The notes beneath the pieces were generated by a model that saw only the letters and a list, made by a program, of their open reading frames with translations, was not told the DNA's origin and did not search any database. Positions 63,015-63,688 of a stretch of DNA of 63,688 bases are shown one piece after another (position 1 is the stretch's first letter; every line of letters starts with the position of its first letter). The translations under genes were made by a program, and so were the position numbers. The stretch lies in sequence record MK250019.1, one strand, 5' to 3'.

Positions 63015-63419
63015 TTAATCAACTGGTTCCCAAAGGATACTTTGTTTATTTTGATCTTCAATAATTTCCATAAGAGGTCTTGCATGTTTGAAGTCAAGAT
63101 TTGCTATAAATGAAACAATCTTATCCATTTCTTCAATAGGCATTCTATCATACTTCTGTTCAATATATTTAACCAAATCAATAAGCTTAATCTGATCATT
63201 ATTTGAATTCTTTAAAATAGTTGCATATGGAAGTGTATCAACAGTTTCATGGAAAAGTTGCATGAACTTATTTGTACATTTGATAAGTTTTTCATATGAC
63301 TTTGTTTCAGGTTCTGGCATATCTGAATCATCATCCATGACAATCATTTCTGGATCAATAGTATTATCTAATTTTGCAGACTTTACTTCTTCTGCTTCAA
63401 TGATTTTATCTTTACTCAT
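63015..63419 (-). CDS. Hypothetical protein
   Basis: 134-aa ORF. Confidence 0.65.
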   Translation of the reverse strand: MSKDKIIEAEEVKSAKLDNTIDPEMIVMDDDSDMPEPETKSYEKLIKCTNKFMQLFHETVDTLPYATILKNSNNDQIKLIDLVKYIEQKYDRMPIEEMDKIVSFIANLDFKHARPLMEIIEDQNKQSILWEPVD

Positions 63420-63433
63420 TTTCTTTATATTAT

Positions 63434-63688
63434 TTAGATTTTTGGTATATTAAAATTTGGGGTTGGTATATTAGGCGGCTGATAACTATTTGTTATACTT
63501 GATGGATTACTCATTTGATTTTTTAAATCATTCATGTTATAACGACTTTGCATATTATTCATTTGTTTTTCCATACGCTGATTTTCTTCTTTATTTTGTT
63601 TTTCTTGCTCTTCCATATTTTCTTTATAAACATCTAATATATCAAGAATTTCAAAAAAAGACATTTCTTTAATATCTTGAAAACTTAG
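63434..63688 (-). CDS. Partial gene, possibly a gp51-like baseplate hub assembly protein
   Basis: Runs off the window; LSFQDIKEMSFFEILDILD..KE..EE pattern. Confidence 0.45.
   Translation of the reverse strand, partial: LSFQDIKEMSFFEILDILDVYKENMEEQEKQNKEENQRMEKQMNNMQSRYNMNDLKNQMSNPSSITNSYQPPNIPTPNFNIPKI

Overview
A very AT-rich segment of a large lytic phage genome with T4-like modules (tail tube, UvsX/RecA, gp32-like SSB). It most resembles Bacteroidota-infecting gut jumbo/megaphages of the Lak type; that assignment is inference. TAG is read as Gln (genetic code 15): many genes the supplied ORF track fragments or misses become single intact ORFs, with TAG at conserved Gln positions. Layout: 0-7.6 kb late/virion genes (two cell-wall hydrolases, lipoprotein, tail tube, His/Cys-rich proteins) plus a recoded TnpB with a probable omega-RNA; 7.8-22 kb mostly TAG-free genes including a HisG-kinase-HAM1-CoaD-PurC operon and an RNA ligase; 23-33 kb a leftward array of about 20 tRNAs, tRNA-like RNAs and four homing endonucleases; 33-64 kb replication, nucleotide and translation genes (dCMP deaminase, SmpB, M15 peptidase, RecA, SSB, dTMP kinase, DHFR-TS fusion, nucleotidyltransferases). 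The best candidate for an undescribed system: three tRNA genes (Thr-TGT, Phe-GAA, Tyr-GTA) are each interrupted right after the anticodon by an intron of the same design, a small hairpin, an AT linker and a nested non-decoding tRNA mimic with an 8+5 bp acceptor/T helix ending in C. Free-standing tRNA-framed RNAs (up to 491 nt) and candidate ligase and end-healing enzymes are also present. All coordinates, translations and folds were read by hand. No searches or folding programs were run. Several N runs hide parts of genes.
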